A model generated the notes under the pieces. The model was not told the origin of the DNA. It saw only the letters and a list, made by a program, of their open reading frames with translations, and did no database searches. Positions 50,827-63,885 of a stretch of 64,000 nt of DNA are shown in pieces (the stretch's first letter is position 1; the number at the start of each line of letters is the position of its first letter). Source of the DNA: Utricularia gibba (lineage: Eukaryota > Plantae > Magnoliophyta). Location: contig NEEC01000014.1 in the NCBI GenBank assembly GCA_002189035.1, positions 2,852,001 to 2,916,000 of the forward strand. Direction: 5' to 3'. The position numbers and the translations under genes are program-made.

Positions 50827-53794
50827 CGGCTGGCTACGGTATCAGTCGATGGGTTTATTATTATTGGCTAGTGCTGAACATTGGATGTCCTCCTCAACAA
50901 TTACCTTAGTTTAAGCCCTGCCAACTACCACTACCGCCGACTTGTAGCAACAATCCTGGGCCCGGCCCATCCATAAACGATTAAGCCGGTTCCTGACAGC
51001 TCTCCCATCGGGCGGGACCAACGCCGCCCACCGGCCCAGCATTCTTGAAAATGACTTCTACTTCCTTTTATACTTTTATGATTTTACATTCATTTTAAAA
51101 TGAGTAGATTCAACCATTGGTTATTTTATGCTGATTATGATGTCATATTTAGAAAGGATAGAACAACCACGAAATACATATAAAGACTATCCTTGAAGTG
51201 ATTGAGTAAGATACATATGACATTCCATTTGACTTGGGGAAGCATCAAGGCTATTGGAGCACACAAAACCCATACACAATTATGAGAGACATGATTTCTC
51301 ATATATCCTATGATGCTTCATAAAAATTTGAGAATTATCACTTAATTGATGAGAGTCTACACCAACAAGTTAGACTTAGAAACAAAGAGTCATAAAAGAA
51401 AATAAAAAAAAAATCTCAGCCTCTAACATTGATTAAGATATTGAAAGAAGTAAATAAGTATATGAATGATACAATCCATGGTTAGGAAATATTCTTAGGT
51501 TTGAAAATAGGAGTTAGAGAATCAACCATATGTTACATTTGATATTATCATAGAAACGTAATTGTAATCAACCATGTAAAAACAATATTTTCTCATGAGT
51601 AATAGCATCTATAGCAAAGATTTAGTTGTATACAAACATAGCAATCACACACTTTTGGTGTTTGCAACATGAGTTTTAACTCCAATCTCTAAAATTTATA
51701 GTTAGCTAATCTTATTTCAAAAAACTCTCCAAAACTATTATGAAATTGTTTTTCTTTTTTTTTTGCTTGAAAAATGTAATTTTGTAGAGCATACAAGTGT
51801 TTTTTATTTTAAGATATAAAAAATTAAACATAAATTGAAAGTTGCTTCAATGATCATAACAATGAACAAAGAGTTTGCATACTAAAACATAATAATTGTA
51901 AAGCCACTGCACAAGTTTTTAACATATATTGTAAGATTTTTATAATAATTCCACAAGGGGTGTTCTTAGTATAATGATTTTTTTCTATACATTCATTCAC
52001 TTAAATAATGGATTGGGGAAGTTTTGGATTTCACCACTTTGAACTAATGCATTATCCTATATTTCCATGTAATCTATATGGTTCAAGGAAGACAGTATTG
52101 TCATATTGTTATATGTACAAGTTATATATAGGATTTCTAAATGACTTCAAAATGAGCATCGTCAATCAACAATATATCCTTAAGATCATATTGCACTTAA
52201 AATTCTTTATTTGTTACTCCTATAGAACCTAGCTCTTATATTTTGATGTTCTTGGATGGATTCCCATGAGCATCCAAATGGTATTTGTTGTCTTCATCAT
52301 ATCTCATATTAAAATAAGGTTGTATATTAAAGTGGGGCTGAAAACCATTGATTATAATATTTAGTTGGGACCTACATACAAATCTAACCATTAGCACATT
52401 ACAGCTCATAATGAATCATCACCTCTTGCACTAAATATTACACATCATGTGACCACCATATGCCATCATTAATGTGCCACAACTATCATTTGACAAACTC
52501 TCTAGCAAATGAACATAGGAAAAATACAAAATTCAACATGACAACTGTGTAAAATGAAAGTGCTTGATAGATGTGAATGAAAGTATGTATAGAGCTGAGC
52601 ACATCCTAGAAAATTGATTTACCATATTGCTCATACAATAGTATATCTAGCAATCTTACTAGTCTTTTATATCCGATTTTAAAGAAGTGTACAATTTATG
52701 TCCAATACATTAATTTTCAAAGTGGTGGTACATTACTTTTTGAAGGGCCAATGAAGGAACACCCACTCTCATACTATTGAAGTTTATGCCAAAATGTTCA
52801 TATTCTTAGCTACGACATCTCATAAGCATCATCTCACTTGGATATCCATAAAAAACCAAGACTATTATAATAAATGAGCAACCCATGTTTAAATTGTGTT
52901 TAATTTGATTAACATCATTGATTTTTGTTTGAATAGTGTAACTTAACAAAATTCATAGTCAAATAATTTAACCAATGAATATAATTGAACAATAGATTAT
53001 ATGTTTAAATTAATTACAAAACAATAATAATTTTCTAATAATATAATCTCCTATTACTTTAAATTGTTTATGCATCCTTAAAAAAGATAAATTTGGAAGC
53101 TCTTATTTTTCAAAGAAAAATGTCAGAAATTCAAACTAAATGATAAATGAAAATTTCGCACACATTCTTAAAATGAAAGTTATTCTATCAAATAAAATTT
53201 ATAAATCTAATTCATATTTAATCATACAATAAATACAAGCAGATTAGATTTGTGTCGAATACAAGAAACTATATGCTTATTAAGTGAAAATCAATGCATT
53301 TACTTTTTGTCACTGTCAAGAGATTAAATCTAAGATAAAACTAAGCAGTTCAATGATTATAAGCAATAAAACAATAAATAGATGAAAGCACATTTTTTTC
53401 TAAAATGAAACAAGTTAAAGTCTTAAAACTTTCAGATACAATATACTTATTACTAAAATAATTTCATCCAAAATATAAATTATTCAATTAATAAATAAAA
53501 ATTCAAGTCTGCTTAAACCCTTGTTTTTCCTTAATTTTTTTTATCTATATCTACTTTGGGTTATTTATGATAAACATCAATACCTCCTTCTTCTAAATCT
53601 ATCTTGATTTGTTAATGAAATAATATGAGTACGTGATTAAAATGGTTTAAAACACAACAAACATAGTTATCCATTTTGGTCTTAAGACATCACTTGGTGC
53701 TTAACTACACATGTAGAGGGAAAATAAAGGCAAAATTTGTTAAATACGTGCGTTAGAGTAAAGAGGTTGGCAAAATACCGTAACTTTTTATTTT

Positions 53795-54181
53795 ATTATT
53801 ATTTTACATGGATTACAATTTTTCATTTGCAATCTACCGAAAATTTTTGGCTAAATTTCGTAAATATATGTATCAAAGGATAGAGATTGACAAAATATTG
53901 TAAATTTTTATTTTATTGGTATTTTATATGGATTATAATTTTTCATTTGCAATTTACCGGAACTTTTTGTTCTAATTTGTAAATTAATTATTTTTTTTTC
54001 TTTATAAAACAAAAAGTTAGGGTATTTTGTCAACCTCTGCCCTTTAGCACATGCATTTACCAAATTTAGCTCTAAATCTAAGACATTTTGCAAATAAAAA
54101 TAAAAAAGTAAGGCAATTTACAAATTAGAAGAAAAGTTCAGGTAAATTGCAAATAAAAAACTCTAACACATGTAAAATACT
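53795..54181. repeat. AT-rich foldback/MITE-like repeat: inverted arms plus a third direct copy
   Basis: 53918-53985 is inverted at 54116-54181 (core TTTGCAATTTACC.GAACTTTT..TTCTAATTTGTAAATT) and directly repeated at ~53795-53865; no TSD identified. Confidence 0.55.
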
Positions 54182-54896
54182 AATTAACTCGAAAATAAAA
54201 CACATTCATCACACAACATCAATAACATTTCTGAGTTCAAATTTTAAGGCAAGAAAATAAATAGCAATAGTAAAGTAAAATGTTTTTTACGATCTGCTCC
54301 TGGCCGGGAGTAAGGCTCCTGTTAGAATATCTTCAAGTGAGTTGAGTTCTTCATTCTTTTCGTGATTCTTCTTCTCAATTTACTTCGAGATCTCTTTCAC
54401 TAGATTGTTTTGCACATTCTACTCATGGGAGATATTTTTCATTCCCCTCATCATGTCCAAAATCTACTTTGTGTAAACTTGGGTATTGATATCTTCTATT
54501 TTTAGTTTTTTGGCTACATTTCTCTGCAACTTCGCAATTTACTTTTGGTTTCTTAGGATTTGGATTGTTGAAATTGTGCTTCATTGTTCAAATAAACTGC
54601 TTAGAATAAAGATTGTGACTAAATTTAATATTTAGTTTCAATTTGGAATAAAATACTTTGACAACACTATTAAATGCAAAAATTGCAAAAATGCATCATA
54701 AAACCCTGATTTTATCATAATATTAATCATTTTCTAATCTTAAAATAATGAAAAATATTTGTTATCACTAAACGGCTTAGATTGTTTTTCTTTATTTGGA
54801 ATTGCTAATCCTCTATTATAAAGGAAACCCTATGAAAATTTGACATTGTGTTAATATTTTTTTCATGACATGCTATTATAAGATCAATAACTGTAC

Positions 54897-55117
54897 GAGT
54901 GTGTTTGGTAGGAAGTACAAAGGGTGATAGTTAAATGAGAAAAAAAAATAGAATGTTTGATAGATGGAATAAATTATACTTAGAATAATTTATACCATGC
55001 ATATGTGATAAAATAATGGGAGAGGAGGGGTTGGGATAAAATTATACTGTCATATACCGTCTCATTATATATCCTTTATTATCCTTAGTATAATTTATCC
55101 ATGTACCAAACACACTC
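54897..55117. mobile_element. Tourist-like (PIF/Harbinger) MITE, 221 bp
   Basis: TIRs GAGTGTGTTTGGTA / TACCAAACACACTC; right flank TTA, left flank TAC. Confidence 0.75.
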
Positions 55118-55899
55118 TTAATCTTTAAATTCAAGCAAAGACATAATATTAGTCATTCAAGCATTTCACCATTCAAACTTTCATATCAAGAGAAAATATT
55201 ATATATCTACTTATATTAGCCATGTAATTTGTTTGAACTAGATATATTTTATATCCTGATGTTATATACATTTCCACGAACACAACTTACAACTTTCATC
55301 ATACTGTGCTCTCCAAAGAGCAACTCTTCTCAAACTAACTTTATCAGGTGCTTCAACTTTGATTATCTCGACATTTTTTATGAATTTAATGTTGGAAATT
55401 TGCACAATATTTCATGGAATTCCCTACCTTTAACTTGATCACTACTATTTTCATGAAGAAGTTGATCTTCATAAGTGTTATTGAAAGTATCATACCAAAG
55501 GAGTTTATTATACTTCTTCAAAATATAATTTTATAAGTTATATGAGATCTTATTATAACAGAATCACAATTTTATAACTATGTAAGCTTTCCATTGCTTA
55601 TGATTAGATTTAAAACAATGTTGCTTGAGTCTTTGTGAGCACGGAGCCATACGATTTATAGAGTTAAGTAATATTGAAAGTTTCATTGCGCCAAATCCTT
55701 TCATTTGTCGAAATAAGAAACACTAAGGCTTTCTAAAATATTAAAAAATATTGAGATACTATCCTCATTTCATATGATCAAGATGAGACATAGCATATCC
55801 AAAAAAATCATATATGGCACATTTGTATCACACCCATAATGGGAACATATGCATGTACAAAAACATGAAAAGATTCTTAATTAAAATCTACCTTGACCG

Positions 55900-57450
55900 A
55901 CAAATAACCTATTTAGATAAATTTAAATATGGTTTCAAGCATTTCTTCATAAATAAATGAGGAAGAAAGGTGAACTAATACCTCTATTATCAGTTTCACA
56001 TAGTCGATTTCTCTATTGTAAAAACTATTCACATAAATACTTTTACAAAGGTTGTTTTGGGGAACAACATCTGAGCACAATGAATGAGAGCCAACTGCAT
56101 TATCAAATTTCACTCAAACTAGATAACTAACAAAAAGCCACACTCTACAAGGGTCATAGGTCTACATTTCATTGTAGCATATGTCTATATTTCAGTGTAG
56201 TAGGTTTACATTTCATTGTAGATTTCATTACAATATATATCTACAACATGATTACTACATTGAAAGAGGATGATTACACATATATTGGCTAATTGATTAA
56301 ATGGTTCACCACTTTGAGAGAGTAAAGCTAAATCTACACAAATATTGTTTTGAGGTCAACAATGACAACCAAAATAAACATAGACCATATTTTTAACACG
56401 CAACTTTCAAAGACTAGATGAGAGCCATCTTAATGAGATGGTTGAATGTCTTAAATTTACTTTATTCAAAATTGTGCGAGTAGCTTTCAAATGTTGTACC
56501 TCTTGCTCTAATTTCTAATTCTCTTGAACATTTGCATTTTTTAATATTAACTATGCAAAACACTTCTTCATTCGGAGGAGGAGTGCTTTCATTCTATTTT
56601 GCTTAGCTTTCTCCTTGACTACCTTCTCAATAGCATCTTCATGCCTCCTAAACCCTTTTTTGTTAGGAGGCATGACACACACTAACCTTTATTTCATCAT
56701 GATCTCATGCAAAGTGCTGGATAAGGACTCCAATTGAAAATAATAACTCAAGGTCTACAAATGTTTGAAACCATGTGAACTTCAATGAAAAGAGATTGAT
56801 CTAATTAAAAAATGCCCAAGTGGCAAAAGGTGTGGGGTAAAATTTGTTCAAAGAAGGCATGATGCCCTTCTTTCTAATAAAGACTGATCATGCGTTTCAT
56901 TAAAATTTTTCTTGTATCCAAAATGCAATATAAACTGCTATCATATACTGCTCCAAAAGGAAAGAGTTAAAGATACAATTTTGGTGGACTATAGCAACAA
57001 AATTTTTTCCTATCTATAGAAAAATTTCGAAGTGAGTTGGATACTATTGGGAGATTGCAACCCAATTTAAGAAAATGTCATCAAAACCATCCCTAATACC
57101 ATACATCCCAAGTGTTGGTGAGCTTAAAAAGAGAGCACTCTCACTTTTGTAGGCATAGAGCCAATACAGGTTGAGATCTACTCCAAATCCTTTTGATCCT
57201 TGGATATGCATTCAACGAAACTCATACAAATTATGGGCCTGGTAAAAAACTTAGAATAACACCTATTGATTGGCTACAATCAAATATATGACAAAAAGAC
57301 ATGAAGAGGTGGGGATGGAGAGTGTATAAGGAAATCTCTAACATGATAACAAAGACGCAATGGACGGGTGTGGTAGGAATTGCAACCCATCTTTGAATGC
57401 CCTCAAAGTTAGAGAGAATGCATGGAGATGTATCTTAGACATCAACAATA
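55900..57450 (-). mobile_element. Probable decayed CACTA Tnp2-type transposase remnant
   Basis: Minus strand HIQGSKGFGVDLNLY (~57170-57215) resembles Tnp2 LIPGPK.PG.DID.YL; otherwise highly degenerate. Confidence 0.35.
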
Positions 57451-58370
57451 TTATTAGACTTTAAAAAGCGCTTTGACTTTTTGTCAAACTGATAGTTTCT
57501 GAAATTTCAAATACTCTATCAAATCAATTTAAATAAGAAATTCACACATTATGTATTAAGGGTCCATGAAATGAATATTTAACAGAAGAAATCAAAATTA
57601 TCTTCAAGGAATTATAAAAAATTGAAAGGGATAGAATGTCAAAAATTGCATTGGCAAAGAAAATTTTTAGGAATTAAGAGGAAAATCAAAAAAGAAATTC
57701 TAAAATTATCTCACTTTTAAACTTCGGAAGACAAAAATATGCCTTAATACATGGAAATGTTCAATTAAGGGCGCGTTTGCTTCGTGGGTTTCAGATTTAC
57801 CCGGGTTTGAATTATTTGGGCATATATAAATCCATGGATATGGGTTTACATATAAAAAATGTGTTTGGTTTGCAGGTTAGTAAGGTTAAAGTTATTGTTA
57901 CTTGTGTTTGTTTAGTGAGTTTAGAAAAGATGAATATTTTTTGAGTTAAATTACTAAAATGCCCATGATATGTGAGTATTTTTAGAGTATACAAATAAGA
58001 CTGTTTTGAAACCCACCAATGCCTAATTGAATAGGATCGCTCGCGCCCTGCCGTCCGAGCACAGCTTTTGCTTACGAAGCAAATTCTGGTATGTATTTCA
58101 TATGCACTGTGATGGGTTTCATGGTATGGCCTATGCTTGATTTTTACTAAAGAAAACCATATTGCGTTCGGCCTATTGATGTTTATTGCAGCGTAGACGT
58201 GTTGTGGTGTGTTTGAGTCTCACGAAATGCTGTCTTTGACATTATTTTTTTGTTAATATGATTCATAATTGAACTAATTTTGTGGTATTATTAGTGTAGT
58301 TTGTAGAAATGATTTTTTTTAGATTGTTTAATTACATGTTTGTCTATACTGGCGTTTCTTCCGAAGAAGA

Positions 58371-59413
58371 ATGAGGACTAGAAAGGAGGATAATGGCAGT
58401 GAAGACGGTAGCAGGCAATCAACGCGTCAATAGAAACCAGAAGAGGAGAGACATCTGATATTTGCTTTAAAACAAGTAGTACAAGATGGATGGAAGGTAG
58501 AAAATGAGTTTAGAGAGAGGTATCATCAGGCAATCGAGACCATATTCCTTAAACTTAGACCAGGGAGTGATATACGTGCACATCCCTATATTAGTTCAAA
58601 GGTACACAATTGGAAGAAGGAATATTATTTGCTAGTTGATTTCTTATCTAGGTCCGGTACTGCCTTCAATGAAGTCACAAGTAAATTAGATGCCACTGAT
58701 GAGCTATGGAATGAACTAGGGCAGGTACATGTTCATTTTATGTATTGTGCACATGTCACTTTACTTATATCGATAATACTATATTGCAGCATTCTCCCAA
58801 GATGAGAGGTTTGCGGCATAAAACGTGGCCTTATTACCATGATTGGTTGGAGATATTTGGCACAGATAGAGCAACTGGTGAACAATGAACCACTGGTATG
58901 AAGACAGTATCAAAGAAAAGAGATCACGAAGGTGCGAATAAAGAAATTGGTGAGGCTGGGGACCATGAGGAGTACACTAATGATGCAAATGAGTTTGGTC
59001 AATCGGAAATGCCTGCTTTTTTTAATGAAGCCGACTATACTCCCACTTCAGATCCAATAGAACCCTCAGTGCCTCCGGAAAGCAAGGATTCAGATGACAA
59101 CAAAAGGAATTCAGAACCATTGAGTGTCGACTCCCAAGTGAAGAATGGTAAAAACAAAAGAAGGCCGAAGATGTTGGATGACCACTCTGCCTTTCTAACT
59201 AAAATCCGGCAGCTAAATGCACAAACCTGTGCCGAACTTCGCATCATTAGTTATAGGATTGGTGAAAACGAGAGAGATAGAGAAGAGAAGCAGATAGCAG
59301 TGGCAGAGATAATTCGAGGCATGCCTCTTCAACTAACCACAATGGAGCACTTTCGAATTTCTGAGATTATTGGATCAAATCCAATGAAGCTGAATTTTGT
59401 TTTGGGCATCTAA
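58371..59413 (+). pseudogene. Harbinger ORF1, Myb/SANT-like DNA-binding protein, 2 premature stops
   Basis: Exons 58371-58724 and 58790-59413 (65-nt GT-AG intron): RQ*KPEEERHLIFALKQVVQDGWKVEN...SKVHNWKKEY...WNELGQ|HSPKMRGLRHKTWPYYHDWLEIFGTDRATGE; TAG at 58431 replaces a conserved Trp, TGA at 58886. Confidence 0.85.
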
Positions 59414-59699
59414 TGAGGCGGAGCGAGAGCTCATTGTTCGAGGCCTGAACACGTTGGGTTGAAGAACTAATACCACTTAATATTTGAAATAATAATATAG
59501 ATCATATTATTATAATTTTGCACACCCATAGCATTGTATGTAGAATAACTAATAATAAAATTTAAATATACGTTACAAATACTTTATGTATATTCAAATG
59601 AACACCAAGTACACATTTGTCTTTAAAACAATATGTATATTTTAATGAACAACTATAGTCGGACACTTGTACTAAGCTTTTGTAATATTTTTAATTTGT

Positions 59700-59875
59700 A
59701 ATATTTGGATCCTTAGTTGTTATTTGAAGCGAGTGCACATTTTTTTTTTTCAATTTGTATCATTCATCGAGCCTTGCGTGTTATTTAGATCGAGTGCATC
59801 TTTTATTTAACTTTAAATTTTTATAGCTCATCAATCGATCCATAGTTGTTATTTGGATCGTGTGCATATTAGTTT
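59700..59875. repeat. Three degenerate hairpin units ending GATCGAGTGCA-like
   Basis: Units about 60-65 bp apart ending GAAGCGAGTGCA, GATCGAGTGCA, GATCGTGTGCA; same motif as the arrays at 62537-63220. Confidence 0.65.
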
Positions 59876-60197
59876 TATTGTAAATTTGAACTAACGTGCA
59901 TCTGGAGGAATTTATGAATCACCCATCTACTCAACATTATTAATAACGTCAACTCTTTCAAAATCTCTATATTTTTCATACCAATTGTAATTTGGATCAA
60001 ATGAACAAATTGCGTGGTATTTAGGGTGGAAAAAGTCCCACACCGGTCGTCTGTCCTTGTTGATTTAGATGGAAGCATAGAATGCATTATTTTTTTTTAG
60101 AAATGGGTGATAGGCACAAAACCCCTGTTTAATGGAATCGACAAACAGACACCACATAGGCAACCCCATACAAAATGTTCGGTGCTAAGTTTAATGC

Positions 60198-61060
60198 TCA
60201 AGCAATACCTTTGTAGTAATCCCACAAAGGGTGGTCATTGGTTAATGGCGGTTGTCCTATGCGACGAGTTTCAGGCATGCTCGGCACGTCCTTTGCCTGC
60301 AACAAGTCTTCTAAAAATACTCTGATTTCACCATCCTCACACAATACACATTCGGCCACATCCGTGCATTTATATGCGGCCGGGAACACAGCATTATCAT
60401 GCAACTAGAGTAAGAAAAAAACTTCACATTACACACCAAAATCAAATGCATAAATAGAAAATTTATTATGAATGCTTATCAGATTTTTAATTGATTTATA
60501 GGGTGAATCATCAATGAGTAGTGTGTTTGATCTATTGTATTTCTTCTGGAATTTGTTGCAACTCCATATGTGACTTAGTGCTTTGAGTCTCACGAGCTTG
60601 TTGGGGTTGTCATGTGCACACATCTATACTTGTGTGGCCTGTTCATCATCCCAAGTGAATGCAAGTTGACGTGCCCAATCGTCCCCAAAGATCCACTTCA
60701 CAATTTGCACTAGTTGTGGTCTACATTAACAGAAATTAGGGACACAACTGTTCGGGATCATGATGGAATGGATGGAACGAAGTCTTACCCACGCCTAGAT
60801 GACCAGATACCTACATCAAATTTGTCCAACCACCATTGGATGAATTGTCTAGCGTGTGGCCGCAGGAACACTCCAAAAACAATGAAGCAAATAGATTAAT
60901 AAATACATGCGGTGCCATGAGAATGAAAGCCTCATGCGATCCAAATGTATTACCAAATTGGCCATAGACGACTGCATCTACTGAGCGTTGGAGTCTTCCA
61001 GCACCCTTCATGAATATTACATCAGCGAGAACACCATTCACATAAAAAACTATTAGCCTA
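60198..61060 (-). pseudogene. Spliced FCP1/NIF (HAD-family) phosphatase-like domain
   Basis: RRLIVFYVNGVLADVI...GQF|VFLRPHARQFIQWWLDKFDVGIWSSRRG|PQLVQIVKWIFGD...LAFTWD...NTLLIDDSPYKSIKNL|LHDNAVFP..Y...GEIRVFLEDL...IGQPPLTNDHPLWDYY; introns 60954-60871, 60788-60721, 60479-60405 (last donor reads AT instead of GT); one internal TAG. Confidence 0.85.
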
Positions 61061-61529
61061 CGAGGTGTTTGTATAGTCCTTGATGATGGCCCCGCATTTG
61101 GCCATCTATTCTCATACCACTGTAGTTTGCTCCGAAGTTCTTCATTCTCTACGACCAGTCATTGGAATTCAGGGTCGGGTGCATTCCTTTGATTGGTATT
61201 CCCCATCTCATTTGTGTCATTAGTTTCTATGTCATGGAGCTCATCTTTATTCTCGGCTCCAAGGGGATCATCATTTTGTTCCTCATCCCTGTGTGCACGT
61301 GCACTTCGGGATGTGCCACACCATAGCTTGACAGTTCCTCGAGCTAAACATCCTCTAACTCCTTACTATTTGCACCAAACAATTCAACTAGTTGATGCAC
61401 CTCATCTTTGGTTAGTTTTTTGAAACCTGACACAAAAAAAAATTAGTATATGTGCAGGAGATGGATAGAACATGGGTGTAAGCAATAAGACTAGTATCAT
61501 ATCCTTTGGCTTGCCTACATCCTTGTTAG

Positions 61530-61945
61530 TTGCTAATATCCGTAGAAAATCAGGCTCTATAGGAGGAGTTATCCACACAAACCTTGACTACCAATTGTCA
61601 TAGCTGCTACGAAGTTTGGTCACCAATACTACCACAGGCTTGCCCCTCAAGCAAAAATGCTTGGTGTCCTTTCTCTTAACACAGACGCTAACTGCGAAAA
61701 AGGTTTGTAATTCACATGGGACACCTTCATCCCTACAGATACTTTCAAATGCAAGAGTATATGCGATAGAACGAGGAGTTAAATGAGAAAGGGGGAGTTG
61801 TAATGATCTCAGAATCTGCGTGAGCAGCGGGCTTAGTGGTAATCTCAAGCCACACCAAAAATGTTCGGTGCTAACTGTGAAACCCGTTGCACCAATGCGA
61901 AGAGGCAGCACGTCATCTATACAGTCATCAGCTTGGGTATCCCAG
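61530..61945 (-). pseudogene. Transposase_28 (PF04195)-like domain upstream of the FCP1-like domain
   Basis: GFTVSTEHFWCGLRLPLSPLLTQILRSLQLPLSHLTPRSIAYTLAFESICRDEG...W*SRFVW resembles the F..GLRLPL.P....L....LP.SQLTPN..R....F...C pattern; same strand as the FCP1 exons, joined by an acidic/coiled-coil linker exon (61426-61060) with lesions. Confidence 0.6.
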
Positions 61946-62294
61946 ATCTAGTACGTCACTGAAATGGAAAATCTCACACGAAGTTTCTCGTTTGTCAACA
62001 TCTGGTATGAAAAGCAAGTAAGCAGACAACCGTTTTTCACACGACAATACTAATACACAAAGCAATCAAAATTACCGTTGTAACTCACGAAATGCTGATA
62101 GATAGATGACGAACAACAATTTGGTAGAAGACGAATTGAAGATATTCAGGGGAAAGGGACTCTAGCAGTTATGCAATTAGGGATTTCAATCTCGGGGGTA
62201 AATGTGCGATTGCCGTGCACTGCCACTCTGACAAGGAGATATTTCCAAAGATTAAATATTTAATAGCGGGCACTTATATCTAGGCTTATCGGTC

Positions 62295-62986
62295 TTTGCG
62301 AATATTTTTTTGAAAAACCAGTATATTGAAAGCACCACATTTGAATGTTGATGGTGCTCCTAGCAAGCACCGCCTAAGTACCATTCAGGTGCCATTGCAG
62401 AACTTGCATTGTGTTATCAAAGAAGCACCTAATTCTACATAATGTGGTGCTTGCGATACACATTCCCTACAGCACTGGAATGAACATGTTGCAGTGCTTG
62501 TGATATTGAATTCAAAAATTTTTAAATAATAAATAATGCACTCGATCCTCTTTTTTCTAAGGATCGAGTGCAATATTTTATAATAAATAATGCACTCTAT
62601 CTTTAGGAACGATAAGTACCGAGTGCGTTATTTATTTTAAAGAAAAAATATTGCACTCGATCCTCCTTTTTTCTAAGGATCGAGTGCATCATTTTATAAT
62701 AAAAAATGCACTCTATCTTTAGGAATGATAAGGATCGAGTGCGCTATTTATTTTTATAATGCTTTTTGAATTCAGTATCACAAGCACTACAACATGTTGA
62801 TTCCAGTGCTGTAGGGAGTGTATATCGCAAGCACCAGATTATGTAGAATTAGGTGCTTCTTCGATAACACAATGCAAGCTCTGTGATGGCACCTGAATGG
62901 TACTTCGGCGGTGCTTGCTAGGAGCACCATTAACAGTCAACGGGGGTGCTTTCAATATAATGGTTTTTCAAAGAAATATTGGCAAA
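62295..62986. repeat. Long inverted repeat: 224-bp arms around a 244-bp spacer of four hairpins
   Basis: Arms 62295-62518 and 62763-62986, ungapped, 19 mismatches by manual alignment (~91.5%); arms rich in AGCACC/GGTGCT; no TSD. Confidence 0.92.
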
Positions 62987-63220
62987 CATATTTTTTATAA
63001 TAAAATGATGCATTCGATCCTTAGAAAACATAAGGATAGAGTGCATCATTTTTATCACAAGTAAATAATGCACTCGATCCTTATCGTTTCTAAAGATAGA
63101 GTATATTTTTTTATTTTACAATGATGCATTCGATCCTTACAAAACATAAGGATAGAGTGCATTATTTTTTTTAAATAAATAATGCACTCTATCCTAATGT
63201 ATATCCCTAATCGAATGTAT
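62537..63220. repeat. Arrays of eight ~37-bp palindromic units TGCACTCGATCC-N12-14-GGATCGAGTGCA
   Basis: Four units at 62537-62742 and four in opposite orientation at 63006-63220, alternating A/B variants at ~55-62 bp spacing with A/T linkers. Confidence 0.9.
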
Positions 63221-63415
63221 TGCTTATTTAAATTACAAAATAAAATTGAAAATTTAATGTATTTATTTTCCGCCATGTGTGAATCTACCATTCTAAGCTA
63301 ACGACTTGAGAAGCAGGCTTAGGGTTTGTAAAATCAACGCCGGATTTGGGTAAACACAATGCACATCCAAAATACTAATTAACTCAGTAATCGCAAGAAC
63401 CATAATGGCACAACA

Positions 63416-63885
63416 TTACCTCCTTCTACGGCATGACACCCACTCCTCGTACATGTTGGCAGCGCATGCGTCACGAAATGGATTCCAAGAATGGGAGGAC
63501 CCAGTGGTTGAATTGTCATCTTCAACTTCACCCGTGTCTGCATCTACATTATGGAAATCTGGAGGCACTGCAGTCTCAAGAGGGTCTTCGGTCATTTCCT
63601 TGCTTATGAAATTGTGTAACAAGGTGCAGCCCACAACTATAAGGTTTTGAATATCTATTGGATAAAAACATGGACTACGTAGCACAGCCCATTTCATCTT
63701 CATGAGCCCCTAAACGCGTTCAATAACATTTCTAGCGGAAGAATGGTGCATATTGAAATACTCCTGTGCATTTTGGGGTGTTCGAGTTCCAACACCTCAT
63801 TCCTTCAAATGGTATCGAACCCCCCTATAAGGTGCTAAAAATCCTTCACAATTTGCGTATCCATTGTCACATAAATAATAAGTAC
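63416..63885 (-). pseudogene. PIF/Harbinger DDE transposase, last exon (rest beyond the window), 2 premature stops
   Basis: After AG acceptor 63886-63887: GTYYLCDNGYANCEGFLAPYRGVRYHLKE*GVGTRTPQNAQEYFNMHHSSARNVIERV*GLMKMKWAVLRSPCFYPIDIQNLIVVGCTLLHNFISKEM. Confidence 0.92.

Noticed and set aside
62537-63220. CRISPR-like appearance of palindromic repeats with spacers
   Set aside because: Plant nuclear context, no cas genes, linkers are low-complexity A/T and themselves repeated, and the blocks are in opposite orientations
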